From positions 136,496-200,495 of the forward strand of contig ASMP01000001.1 in NCBI GenBank assembly GCA_000405225.1: a stretch of DNA of 64,000 bases. Reading direction: 5' to 3'. A program made the position numbers and the translations under genes. The notes beneath the pieces are model-generated. The model did no database searches. It saw only the letters and a program-made list of their open reading frames with translations, and was not told the origin of the DNA. The number at the start of each line of letters is the position of its first letter. The first letter of the stretch is position 1. Below, piece by piece: positions 34,223-43,635 of this stretch. Source of the DNA: Nanoarchaeota archaeon SCGC AAA011-D5 (lineage in GTDB: Archaea > Nanobdellota > Nanobdellia > Pacearchaeales > GW2011-AR1).

Positions 34223-35344
34223 ATGGTTCCGAACTTTTATGATTGCTCCTCTCATTATTTTAATATGTCAGGCAGAGTATGGTATATCTCGGTCAGTAAG
34301 AAAAAGATTGAGTTTAAAAAATATCCGAAAAAACAGAAACAGGTTAAGAATAAAACATCAAAAACTAAAAATGTGGTTTTTGGTTTCTTATCTTTAGCAG
34401 TTTTGATCTTTTTGATGAATTTAATCTCTGCAGCTGAAATAAATGACACTCTTCACATAAATATCCAGACAACCTATTCAAACGGGACGATTCAGTCCGG
34501 AACCTTCGTTTTCGCATTTAACATCACGGAAAACTCTAGCGCAAGCTGCCTTGGCCCTGTAGCTTATAATCATTCTACCAGCCAGACTACGGACTCAAGG
34601 GGCATTGTTTCCATATATCTCCCCACAATCGGTTCTGGGGCAGGGAACCTCAGCAGCCTGAGTTTTGACAGGCAATATTATCTTTGTTATTACAGAGATG
34701 GAACTCTGAAAGAGGTTTCCCAGTTAGGAAGGGTTCCTTATTCATTCAGGGCAGCCCAGGTAAACTTAAGTAAGGTAGACATAGATTCAAACCTGACTCT
34801 TGGAAATTTCAATGTCAGTGCCACCTCAGGATATTTCACCATTTTGGGAATAAATATTACAACACCACTCGGCCTGTTGCACGTCGTCGGAAAAGGCATC
34901 AATTCCCTTGTCGTGAACTCAACAACAGGCAATGTAGGTATCGGAACAACAGACCCTGTTAAATTCCTTGATATACGAAATCCAATCTCTGGCGAAACAG
35001 AACTTGGAATTTTCTCATCCACTGACAACTCTGCTACTATCGACATCGGCACAAATGACGACGCTGATTGGGAAATTGAGTCCAGGAACACTCTTTCAGA
35101 TGCTCTGGTTATTAAAAAGCAGGACGGTGGAAGTGTAGACGTGTTTGCAATTACCCAGACGGGATTAGTGGGAATAAACACCACAACACCGCAGAACACA
35201 TTAAATGTGTTTGGAGCAATAAATTCAACAACAGGATTTATAGTTAATTCTTCAGTTGGTTTAACAGGAAATTTTAGCGTAGGTTCTTGTTGGTTTGCTT
35301 ATAAAGGAGGAATTGCTTACGGAACTAATTGCACAGCACTTTAA
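34223..35344 (+). CDS. secreted/surface protein rich in N-x-S/T sequons (start uncertain; alternative ATG at 34265)
   Basis: Basic N-terminus, TM/signal VVFGFLSLAVLIFLMNLISA, more than 12 N-x-S/T sites, Gly/Thr/Asn-rich beta-type repeats. Confidence 0.5.
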   Translation: MVPNFYDCSSHYFNMSGRVWYISVSKKKIEFKKYPKKQKQVKNKTSKTKNVVFGFLSLAVLIFLMNLISAAEINDTLHINIQTTYSNGTIQSGTFVFAFNITENSSASCLGPVAYNHSTSQTTDSRGIVSIYLPTIGSGAGNLSSLSFDRQYYLCYYRDGTLKEVSQLGRVPYSFRAAQVNLSKVDIDSNLTLGNFNVSATSGYFTILGINITTPLGLLHVVGKGINSLVVNSTTGNVGIGTTDPVKFLDIRNPISGETELGIFSSTDNSATIDIGTNDDADWEIESRNTLSDALVIKKQDGGSVDVFAITQTGLVGINTTTPQNTLNVFGAINSTTGFIVNSSVGLTGNFSVGSCWFAYKGGIAYGTNCTAL

Positions 35345-35422
35345 GGAAAAACCATTGTGAGAAATTATCATATTGGCTGAAACAGTAATTAATTTTATTA
35401 ACACTTGTTCTTTAAGATTTGT

Positions 35423-36370
35423 ATGAAGATTGATATTTCATCATTGACTGTTTTCCTCATTGCACTTATCATATTTTTTTCCCCGACAGTCGAGGCAGAC
35501 GTGATTTCTGTGAATGCAGGAGGGAGCAACGAAACCGCAGTCACTCCTGACAAATATGTTGAGGGATTTTTTTCCGGGATTCCCGAATCAGCGGCAGAAG
35601 TTACAACACCTTCAGGCGGTGCCGGCGGCGGCGGAGCAGCCACTTCTGCAAACGTTGCATTAACTCCGGCAGAATTTAATATTAATATGGTTGTAAACAC
35701 GACAACTGAAAGAACAATCAGCATCAGAAACCTCGGAACAAGTCCCCTCACGGTGGCTGTTACCGAATCGAACCTTGGAAATCATGTGATTCTTGGAAAT
35801 AAGTCATTAATAATCCCTGCCGGGCAGTCTGTGAACCTGAAAGTTGTTTTCGTTGCCCTCAGCGAACCGGGAATTTTTGCAGGCACTATCAATATAGGGG
35901 GAAAAACAGTCCTTGTTTCACTGAACGTAAAAACACAGCTCCTCTTGTTTGACTCAAATATAATCGTGCTGAACAGGAATTACCAAGTTCTTCAGGGAGA
36001 CGACTTAAGGACCAGGGTGACTCTTACCCCTCTCGGAGATCCTGAAAGACTCGACGTTGGTTTATTTTTTACAATAAGGGATTATTCAGGCAAAATTTAC
36101 TTGACAAAATCAGAGACAATGCTCGTTGAGGAGCTGACAGAAGTAAATAGAAATTTTGATACAGGATCCCTTCCTTTAGGGAAATATGTTGTCGGTCTTG
36201 AACTCAAGTATCCTAACGGAGTTGCTCCTTCCAGCGCGCATTTCGAGGTGTTGGAGAAAAAAGTAAGTACTCTAGGCAGTGTAATACCTTACCTATTAAG
36301 CTTTATTTTATTGATATTCATAATTATCCTGCTCCTGCTGATACGGAAAAGAATAAAGGAAAAAGAATAA
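35423..36370 (+). CDS. surface protein with signal peptide and C-terminal TM anchor
   Basis: Start set to ATG MKIDISS; GGAGGGGA linker; C-terminal YLLSFILLIFIIILLLLIRKRIKEKE. Confidence 0.5.
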   Translation: MKIDISSLTVFLIALIIFFSPTVEADVISVNAGGSNETAVTPDKYVEGFFSGIPESAAEVTTPSGGAGGGGAATSANVALTPAEFNINMVVNTTTERTISIRNLGTSPLTVAVTESNLGNHVILGNKSLIIPAGQSVNLKVVFVALSEPGIFAGTINIGGKTVLVSLNVKTQLLLFDSNIIVLNRNYQVLQGDDLRTRVTLTPLGDPERLDVGLFFTIRDYSGKIYLTKSETMLVEELTEVNRNFDTGSLPLGKYVVGLELKYPNGVAPSSAHFEVLEKKVSTLGSVIPYLLSFILLIFIIILLLLIRKRIKEKE

Positions 36371-36414
36371 ATCATAAAAGAAATATCTATAAACGATTCT
36401 TTAATCTAATTTCC

Positions 36415-37602
36415 ATGTTAATTGGGCTTGTCGGCAAACCAAGTTCAGGAAAGAGCACATTTTTCAAAGCAGCGACCCTGGCGGAGGTTGAAATCGCTTC
36501 CTATCCTTTCACCACAATAAAACCGAACCACGGCGTTGGCTATGTAAAGGTTGACTGTATTGAGCGAGAGTTCAGCGTAAAATGCCAGCCAGCTCATGGT
36601 TTCTGCATCGAGGGAAAAAGGTTTGTTCCTGTTGAGCTGATGGATGTAGCTGGTCTTGTACCAGGAGCGAGTGAGGGAAAAGGCCTTGGAAACCAGTTTC
36701 TGGATGATTTGAGGCAGGCAGACGTTTTCATACACATAGTGGATGTCTCTGGAACTACAGATGAAGAAGGAAAGCCTGTTGAAAACCATGACGTGTCAAA
36801 AGACATTCTTTTTCTGGAAAACGAATTGAATAGGTGGTTTTACAACTTAATGGTAAAAGCTTGGAAGGGCTTTGTGAAAAAAACAGCCCAGGAGGAAGGA
36901 GGCAACTTTTCCGAGGCTGTGGCAAAGCAGTTTTCCGGGTTGAAGGTAAGGGAAGAGCATGTGAAGAAAGTCCTTTCGAGGCTGAGACTCCCGGAAAAAC
37001 CCATGAACTGGAACGAAGACCAGCTTTTTTGGTTTGCATCAGAATTGAGAACAGAAAGCAAGCCGACAATAATCGCCGCAAACAAAGTTGACCTTGAAAA
37101 AGCCCATCCTAATTACCAGTTTTTAAAGATGAGATTTCCGGGCCTGATAATAATTCCATGCTCTGCAGATTCAGAGCTCGCCCTTAGGGAAGCTGCAAAA
37201 ATAAGGCTGATAAATTACATTCCAGGGGAGAGGGATTTCAAGATTACGGGAGAACTCAGCGACGAACAGAAAGAAGCTCTTCTTAGTATCAGGAAATCTG
37301 TTTTGGACAGATTTAAAGAAGGCACAGGAGTCCAGGAAGTCTTGAATTATGCGGTTTTTAACTTTTTGAATTATATCGCAGTTTTTCCGGCAGGAGCACA
37401 CAAGCTTGCGGACAGCAAGGGAAGAATTCTGCCAGACTGCTTCCTTCTTCCTTCTGGCTCCACTGCGCTGGATTTTGCATACCATCTCCATACAGATTTT
37501 GGAAATAATTTCATAAAAGCAATAGATGCGAGAACAAAAAAAATCCTGGGAAAAAATCACGAGTTGAAGCACAGGGATGCTTTGGAAATAGTTACCAGAT
37601 AA
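36415..37602 (+). CDS. ychF: Obg-family GTPase/ATPase, YchF-like with C-terminal TGS-like domain
   Basis: G1 GKPSSGKSTFF, YPFTTIKPN, G3 DVAGLV, G4 AANKVD. Confidence 0.8.
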   Translation: MLIGLVGKPSSGKSTFFKAATLAEVEIASYPFTTIKPNHGVGYVKVDCIEREFSVKCQPAHGFCIEGKRFVPVELMDVAGLVPGASEGKGLGNQFLDDLRQADVFIHIVDVSGTTDEEGKPVENHDVSKDILFLENELNRWFYNLMVKAWKGFVKKTAQEEGGNFSEAVAKQFSGLKVREEHVKKVLSRLRLPEKPMNWNEDQLFWFASELRTESKPTIIAANKVDLEKAHPNYQFLKMRFPGLIIIPCSADSELALREAAKIRLINYIPGERDFKITGELSDEQKEALLSIRKSVLDRFKEGTGVQEVLNYAVFNFLNYIAVFPAGAHKLADSKGRILPDCFLLPSGSTALDFAYHLHTDFGNNFIKAIDARTKKILGKNHELKHRDALEIVTR

Positions 37603-37702
37603 TTTTTCAGGATAAATCCTGTTTTAGCCAGCAAAATATAAAAGTGCAAAAGTGTTTAGCCCGGCAATCAGGAGACACCATTATAATACCTGATAAAAAA
37701 CC

Positions 37703-38215
37703 ATGCCAAAACTAAGGCATCTTATAAAAAAAGGGAAATATGTCACAACCAGAAAAGGAAATTTTGTCAGGAATCTTTCGGAAAAAATTGTCAGAGAGAT
37801 TAGGCCTTATGCGAGAAGAATTGAGGTAGTCGGAAGCATAAGAAGAAAGGAAGAAAATCCTGTCGATATTGATGTCGTCCTCATTCCAAAGAACGAGGGA
37901 AGCAAGGATAAAATTGAGGCCATTATGGAAAAGAGAGGGAAAAGAATTTTAGGCGGAGACAGGAAAGCCTATTTTAGAATTGAAGGAGTTGAGGTTGAAC
38001 TTTATTACACTCTGTCTGAAGAATGGGGCGCAGCCCTTCTTGCTTACTCTAGCAGATTCGGTGCAGGCATCGGTTTGAGGGTTGTCGCAAAGAAAAAAGG
38101 ATTTAAACTTAACCAGCACGGGCTTTTCAGAAAGGGAAAGAGGGTCGCCGGAAAAACAGAAAGTGAGATTTATCATGCTCTTGGAAGGCCATGGAAACCG
38201 CCTGAGAAAAGATGA
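37703..38215 (+). CDS. minimal DNA polymerase X-like nucleotidyltransferase (palm plus thumb only)
   Basis: VGSIRRKEENPVDIDVVLIP (GS-x9-DxD) and ...YSSRFGAGIGLRVVAKKKGFKLNQHGLF...EIYHALGRPWKPPEKR resemble the Pol beta palm/thumb; only 170 aa. Confidence 0.6.
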   Translation: MPKLRHLIKKGKYVTTRKGNFVRNLSEKIVREIRPYARRIEVVGSIRRKEENPVDIDVVLIPKNEGSKDKIEAIMEKRGKRILGGDRKAYFRIEGVEVELYYTLSEEWGAALLAYSSRFGAGIGLRVVAKKKGFKLNQHGLFRKGKRVAGKTESEIYHALGRPWKPPEKR

Positions 38216-38421
38216 AGATTAAAATTAAAGTCATGCCAAATTCAAAGAGACAGGAAGTTATTAAAAATGAAGAAGGGTACAGAGTTTATTTGAAATCAGC
38301 ACCAGAAAAAAATAAAGCAAACGCCGAGCTTGTTAGCCTGTTAAGCAAGTATTTTAATAAGCCCGTTAGAATAAAATCTGGATTCGCATCAAAAAATAAA
38401 ACCATTGAAATTGAAAAATGA
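38212..38421 (+). CDS. DUF167 (YggU-like) protein
   Basis: KVMPNSKRQEV...YLKSAPEKNKANAELVSLLSKYF...IKSGFASKNKTIEI. Confidence 0.6.
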   Translation: MKIKIKVMPNSKRQEVIKNEEGYRVYLKSAPEKNKANAELVSLLSKYFNKPVRIKSGFASKNKTIEIEK

Positions 38422-38894
38422 AATATATATATGCAGAAGACATACAGAAAACTTCGGAAGAAATTTCAAGGCTTCTTTTTCCGCATATAAAACTGGAAAG
38501 AATGAAATGTTTTCGTAGTCATGGAAGTTCTTCCAGAGGCACAGTTGCCCGTTGCCACACGATAGGAAAACTGCTTCAGACAGCCATGAATACTGGGGCT
38601 TTCTATGCCCTTGAGTTCATTTCAGAAAGATTTGACAAGCTTCCAGAAGAAGAGAAAATAAAGACGATAATCCACGAGCTTATGCACATCCCGCATACTT
38701 TCGGCGGCGGCTTCAGGCACCATGACCATGTTTGTGAGAGAAACATAAAAGCATGCTACAGGACATATAAAGAAAAAAAGAAAAATCTGGAAAACAGCGA
38801 TATTTTCGGTCTTAAAGAACTTAAATGGAAAAATCAGGACAATCTTAAGCTGATGAAAGATATGGGGAAAAATGCTGAAAAAGATTTCTTTTAA
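38418..38894 (+). CDS. putative HExxH zinc metallopeptidase-like protein
   Basis: IIHELMHIPHTFGGGFRHH. Confidence 0.45.
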   Translation: MKYIYAEDIQKTSEEISRLLFPHIKLERMKCFRSHGSSSRGTVARCHTIGKLLQTAMNTGAFYALEFISERFDKLPEEEKIKTIIHELMHIPHTFGGGFRHHDHVCERNIKACYRTYKEKKKNLENSDIFGLKELKWKNQDNLKLMKDMGKNAEKDFF

Positions 38895-39225
38895 ACTCAG
38901 AGGAAAAAGAATAAACATAATTGCCAAAGAATGCAGTGGACTGAACAGGTTTTTGGGCTTGATGTTCAAAGATAGAGATGATGCAAATGCTTTACTTCTT
39001 GAATTCGAAAAACCAGTCAGTTTTGCAATCCACTCTTTTTTCGTTTTCTTCCCGTTCATTGCAGTATGGATGGACGAAGAAGATAACGTCGTGGAATTCA
39101 AGATTGTAGAGCCCTTCACCCCGTCTGTCAAGGCTAAAAGGCAGTACAAAAAACTCCTTGAAATACCAATGAATGAAAAATATAACAGAAAAATAAACTT
39201 CTCGTCGGTGATTAGAAAGGTTTAA
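38872..39225 (+). CDS. DUF192-like protein
   Basis: FLGLMFKDR...ALLLEF...FAIHSFFVFFPFIAVWMDEEDNVVE...YKKLLEIP pattern. Confidence 0.5.
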   Translation: MLKKISFKLRGKRINIIAKECSGLNRFLGLMFKDRDDANALLLEFEKPVSFAIHSFFVFFPFIAVWMDEEDNVVEFKIVEPFTPSVKAKRQYKKLLEIPMNEKYNRKINFSSVIRKV

Positions 39226-39271
39226 ATATATAAATTAGCTTCATTAATTTAGATAATAAAAGGAGGTGCAA

Positions 39272-39400
39272 ATGGGAAAAGTACTTGTTAAAAAGGTTGT
39301 GAAGAGGAGGCCTGGTTATCTTTACTACGTTGATGGGCAGGGAAATGTATGCGAAGCAAAGATGGCTAGAGGCGGAGGAAAAAGAAAAAAGAAAAGGTAG
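39272..39400 (+). CDS. small basic protein (42 aa) preceded by a strong Shine-Dalgarno-like AGGAGGTG
   Basis: Not in track; MGKVLVKKVVKRRPGYLYYVDGQGNVCEAKMARGGGKRKKKR; aggaggtg lies 4 nt upstream of the ATG. Confidence 0.4.
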   Translation: MGKVLVKKVVKRRPGYLYYVDGQGNVCEAKMARGGGKRKKKR

Positions 39401-39422
39401 AATCTCCTTAATATTTTAATTT

Positions 39423-39869
39423 TTATTTCCTTTTAAGATTTTTATTTACAACTTGATTTAATTTATAGTCTATAGGCCTTGGAAACTTTCTTATTGGCTT
39501 TCTTGATTTTTTATGCGTTAGTTCTGTATCTGTTCTCATAAATATGTTATGGGCTTCAATGACAAGGTTCTCTAACTTTTGACCAAGATTTGGCGTAATG
39601 AGAAGATGTCTCATATCTGTATACTTATCTTTGTCTCTTCTGTGATAAACAGTTATGTGTTCTTTATGATCCAATTCCCAGCACAAATCACTATCTCTTA
39701 TATTTTCCGGAAAAGGAAATTCTTGCTTTCTTGCCTCTCCTTTTTTAGAATAACGAATCTGGATAGTTACACTCTTTGAATCCTCTACGGTTCTTCTAAA
39801 AGTCAAACTTGCATCATAAATGTTCAAAAACTGGTTTTCTGGTATAGTGGTTCTTTTAGTTTCGTTCAT
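39423..39869 (-). CDS. hypothetical protein
   Basis: Start set to MNETKR; basic tail; divergent from kae1. Confidence 0.4.
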   Translation of the reverse strand: MNETKRTTIPENQFLNIYDASLTFRRTVEDSKSVTIQIRYSKKGEARKQEFPFPENIRDSDLCWELDHKEHITVYHRRDKDKYTDMRHLLITPNLGQKLENLVIEAHNIFMRTDTELTHKKSRKPIRKFPRPIDYKLNQVVNKNLKRK

Positions 39870-40008
39870 TATATCTAATTTTTTATGATTGACCCCTTTT
39901 ATAAATATATCTTTCCCAAAAAGATATACAATCATTTTGCTTATACATCACTACAGGACGAATCTAATCCCATTATACTTTTATAAATACAAATTTTCTC
40001 TAGTTCTT

Positions 40009-40992
40009 ATGGCAGTTATTTTGGGAATAGAGAGCACAGCCCACACTTTTGGAGTGGCTGTAGTCAGAAACGGGAAAATTCTTTCTAATGTTAAAAGCAG
40101 TTATAAGACAGGGGAAGGAGGGATAATTCCCATGGATGCTGCAAGACATCACCGGGAAAATAAGGAAAAAATCTATTCTGAATCGCTTCTTTTATCTGGA
40201 ATAAAGGAGGAAGATATCGATGCTATTGCAGTTTCCCAGGGTCCTGGCCTGGCTCCATGCCTTCTTCAGGGAATGGGGTTTGCAAAAGAGCTTTCAGAAA
40301 AATTAAAAAGGCCGATAGTTCCTGTGAATCACTGCATTGCCCATCTTGAGATAGGAAGGATTACAGGAGCGAAAGATCCTGTGATGCTCTATGCATCCGG
40401 TGCAAATACGCAGATAATAGCCTATGCCTCTGAAAAATTCCGTGTTTTTGGCGAAACTCTTGACATTGGCGCAGGAAATTTCATAGATACTTTTGCGAGA
40501 TATGCTGGCATTGGTTTTCCCGGAGGTCCTGAAATTGAAAAACTTGCCTTGGAGTCTGGTTGCAAACTGATTAAACTTCCATACAAGGTGAAGGGAATGG
40601 ATATTGCTCTCTCCGGAATCCTGACAAACTTAAAACAAAAATTAGAATCCGGAGAATACAGGCTTCAGGACCTTGCGTTTTCCCTGCAGGAAACTGTTTT
40701 TGCCATGCTTGTTGAAGTTGCAGAAAGGGCGATGGCGCATACAGAAAAAAAAGAGCTTCTTCTCGGAGGAGGGGTTGCCTGCAATAAAAGACTACAGTCA
40801 ATGTGCAGAACCATGTGCGAGGAAAGGGGGGCAAGACTTTTCTGCCCTGAAAACCAGTTTCTGGTTGATAACGCAGGAATGATAGCCTACCTTGGAGAGA
40901 TAATGTTCAAGTCTGGAATAAAGAAAAATCCAGGAGATGTTGATATCAAACCGAGGGAAAGGACAGATGATGTGAAAGTGACGTGGCGATAA
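40009..40992 (+). CDS. kae1: tRNA N6-adenosine threonylcarbamoyltransferase Kae1
   Basis: ILGIESTAHTFGVAVV, metal-binding VNHCIAHLE, ASGANT, GGGVACN; TTTATAAATA box about 25 nt upstream of the ATG at 40009. Confidence 0.9.
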   Translation: MAVILGIESTAHTFGVAVVRNGKILSNVKSSYKTGEGGIIPMDAARHHRENKEKIYSESLLLSGIKEEDIDAIAVSQGPGLAPCLLQGMGFAKELSEKLKRPIVPVNHCIAHLEIGRITGAKDPVMLYASGANTQIIAYASEKFRVFGETLDIGAGNFIDTFARYAGIGFPGGPEIEKLALESGCKLIKLPYKVKGMDIALSGILTNLKQKLESGEYRLQDLAFSLQETVFAMLVEVAERAMAHTEKKELLLGGGVACNKRLQSMCRTMCEERGARLFCPENQFLVDNAGMIAYLGEIMFKSGIKKNPGDVDIKPRERTDDVKVTWR

Positions 40993-41005
40993 TTTTCTGT
41001 AAATC

Positions 41006-42814
41006 TTAACTAGAGATGACTCCGGTTTTGTATCTTTCAACCTCGGCATTTACCATTCCATGCAATCTCCCCAAAGCTTCTTCTGCCCTTCTTCTGAAAT
41101 CTTCGTGCAATCTTTGATATCTTTCCTCAGCTTTATAAAGAATATTATCTGCTATTTTAGAAATTAGCTTTAATTTTTCATGATAATCTTCTTTTCTACT
41201 TGCAATAATTCTTCCTGCCTTTTCAGAGAATTGAGCGTACAAACTTTGTATATGTGGTATATAATTGTCTGCCTCTAATGTGGCTCTTGTGATGTTTCTG
41301 AAATGATCAAATTTAATTGCTTGGGCAACGGCTTCCGGAAAATATCCTGGATTTGTTAAAGCAGTACCTACTAAGTATTTTGCATATTCCCATCCTCCTT
41401 CTGCGAAAAGTTGTCCTTTTATAGATCTGCCAAGAATTATAAGTCCTTCAAGAGATGATCTCTTTGTTCTGTGGTGTGGACCCTGATTTTTCTGGAGAGT
41501 TCTGCATCTGTCGTAATAATTTCTTGCGTTAAATAATTTACCGAGAAGTCCCTTATACCCTTTTAATAGTTCTTCTTCGCTTAGTTCTGTTTTTGTTTCA
41601 AAATTAAACCCTAATTGGTGTGTGTTGTTCCCAGTTGAATCTCCTCTGAGCCTTCCTTCTCTTTTAAGACGATTGTATAAATCAGTTCCTTTTAGGGCTG
41701 TTAATAGTCCCGCCATTGGAAAGACAATTCCTGCTTCTTGAATAAAATTATATAATTTATCTAAAGAACCTCTTTTTTCTCCATCAGTTCCGACGATAAA
41801 TCCTCCCGAAACTTCTAAACCATATTTTTGAATTCTCCTTGCCGCTTCAAGTTGAGGCATTTGTGTGTTTTGTCTTTTTTGCATATTTTCCAAAACTTCA
41901 TTATCAACAGATTCTATACCAAGGAAGACAGAACTGAACCCTGCTTTTTGCATGCCTTCTAAGATGTCTCTATTATTGTCCCAAGCCAAGTTCATGCTCG
42001 CTTCTGTGAATAGAGAAAAGGGGTATCTTCGTTCTTTCTGCCATTCGGCTATGTGCAGTAGTAGCTGTTTGACATTTTTTCTGTTTCCGATAAAATTATC
42101 ATCGACGATAAAGACAGAGCCTTTGTGCCCTAAATTATAAAGGGCATCAAGTTCTGAAAGCATTTGCTCAGGAGTTTTTGTTCTTGGTTCTCTTCCGAAA
42201 AGTTTTGTTATATCGCAAAAATCACAATTAAATGGACAACCTCTCGAGTATTGAATTGCAGCGGAGAAATAGTTATTTAAGTTTAATAAGTCCCATCTTG
42301 GTAGTGGCGTGTTTGTGATGAGTACTTTCCCTCCTTTTGTTAATTCAACTAATCCTTTTGTCCTTTCAGACACATTTTTCTCTGTCCAGACCCCTTTTTC
42401 TGCCCCCTTTAATAAGTCTTCTAAGAAGGGCCATAGAGTGGCTTCCGCTTCCCCTGCGACAACATAATCTGCCCCTGTTTTTTCAGGGTGCATTGTTGGA
42501 AATGGGCCTCCAGCCACAACTTTTTTCCCTAGGCTATGGGCTCTTTCAACAATTTCTTTATGAGAATTTTCTTGAACAATCATCGCTGAAGTGAATAAAA
42601 AGTCTGTGTTCTCTAGGTGTTCGTCTGTTAAAGGCTCAACGTTTAAGTCTACCAGCCTTTGTGCTTCAAATCTTTCCGGGAGCATAGCCATTACAGTTAG
42701 CAATCCTGTTGGAGGCATCACAGCCTTCTTCCCAACGTGTCTAAGGGATGTTCCGTAGCTCCAAAATGTTTCTGGAAATTTAGGATAGACTGGCAAAACT
42801 TTTATCGTATCCAT
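41006..42814 (-). CDS. B12-binding-domain radical SAM protein with long helical C-terminal domain (DUF4070-like)
   Basis: CX3CX2C in YSRGCPFNCDFCDI; N-terminal Rossmann-like B12-binding region; 602 aa. Confidence 0.85.
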   Translation of the reverse strand: MDTIKVLPVYPKFPETFWSYGTSLRHVGKKAVMPPTGLLTVMAMLPERFEAQRLVDLNVEPLTDEHLENTDFLFTSAMIVQENSHKEIVERAHSLGKKVVAGGPFPTMHPEKTGADYVVAGEAEATLWPFLEDLLKGAEKGVWTEKNVSERTKGLVELTKGGKVLITNTPLPRWDLLNLNNYFSAAIQYSRGCPFNCDFCDITKLFGREPRTKTPEQMLSELDALYNLGHKGSVFIVDDNFIGNRKNVKQLLLHIAEWQKERRYPFSLFTEASMNLAWDNNRDILEGMQKAGFSSVFLGIESVDNEVLENMQKRQNTQMPQLEAARRIQKYGLEVSGGFIVGTDGEKRGSLDKLYNFIQEAGIVFPMAGLLTALKGTDLYNRLKREGRLRGDSTGNNTHQLGFNFETKTELSEEELLKGYKGLLGKLFNARNYYDRCRTLQKNQGPHHRTKRSSLEGLIILGRSIKGQLFAEGGWEYAKYLVGTALTNPGYFPEAVAQAIKFDHFRNITRATLEADNYIPHIQSLYAQFSEKAGRIIASRKEDYHEKLKLISKIADNILYKAEERYQRLHEDFRRRAEEALGRLHGMVNAEVERYKTGVISS

Positions 42815-42846
42815 AAGAAACTTAGATAATAATGGTATTTATTTCT

Positions 42847-42900
42847 ATTGATATAAAGCCGAGAGAAAGGACCGACGATGTTGAAGTTACATGGAGATAG
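42847..42900 (+). pseudogene. relic copy of the kae1 3' end (last 17 codons plus stop)
   Basis: 42/54 nt identical to 40939-40992; translates IDIKPRERTDDVEVTWR* versus VDIKPRERTDDVKVTWR*. Confidence 0.75.
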
Positions 42901-42903
42901 AAA

Positions 42904-43494
42904 TCATACTCCTATTCTAACTGCGAGAATTTGATCCTGATCCTTGGGATCAGTAGTATAAGCCACATTCTCTATAAACAATGAGGCATTATTTTTGTTT
43001 ATTAACCTAAATAGATTTGATAAGAATTCACACTCTTTAATATTTATTCCTCTTGATGGTTGATCTACTAAAATTTCCAACGCATTTATTCCAAAAACTT
43101 TTTCCAATATTTTCCTATCTGGAAATCCTTTGTAAACCTTAGCAACAGTTATATATGAATTATCAACGCCTATCCTTACCAAATCTTCTCTAAGAGATTC
43201 TTCTGTCCTTATCTTTCCAGGATACCATCTTTTAAAATAACTATTTTTGTTGAATGGCCATTGTCTAATTGAAGAAAATGCTTTAAAAAAGGCATTTTTT
43301 GATAGATTTGTCCATAGCAATCCGTTATGTGTCCAATAAACAGGAGATTTCTCCCTTAAGAGTTTGTCTAACGATTCTAATTTTGCTCTTTCGTATTTAA
43401 AATGCATTTTACCTCCTGCCTCTTTTTCATATCTGATTATTTCCTCACGAAGCTCTCGTTCTTTTACTTTCAAATCCATCTTTATCCCAGCCAT
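42904..43494 (-). CDS. hypothetical protein
   Basis: 196-aa ORF; its stop lies 3 nt from the kae1 relic stop; no motif recognised. Confidence 0.45.
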   Translation of the reverse strand: MAGIKMDLKVKERELREEIIRYEKEAGGKMHFKYERAKLESLDKLLREKSPVYWTHNGLLWTNLSKNAFFKAFSSIRQWPFNKNSYFKRWYPGKIRTEESLREDLVRIGVDNSYITVAKVYKGFPDRKILEKVFGINALEILVDQPSRGINIKECEFLSNLFRLINKNNASLFIENVAYTTDPKDQDQILAVRIGV

Positions 43495-43566
43495 TTTAAA
43501 TTTAAAATAATTTATATACTACTCTTAAAATGAAAACTTTAAAAAGCTATTTTTTCTCACTAATTT

Positions 43567-43589
43567 ATCCGATGACCTTATGGGAGGAT
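43567..43589 (+). promoter_or_regulatory. K-turn/K-loop hairpin in the L7Ae mRNA leader
   Basis: ATCC-GAT-GA-CC-TTAT-GG-GA-GGAT: 4-bp C stem, 3-nt bulge, tandem G.A/A.G, short NC stem; 47 nt upstream of the rpl7ae ATG and downstream of a CTTTAAAAAG box. Confidence 0.45.
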
Positions 43590-43635
43590 TTATTCTTCTC
43601 GTAGTCATTAAACACTAAAACAATATAAAAGCAAA

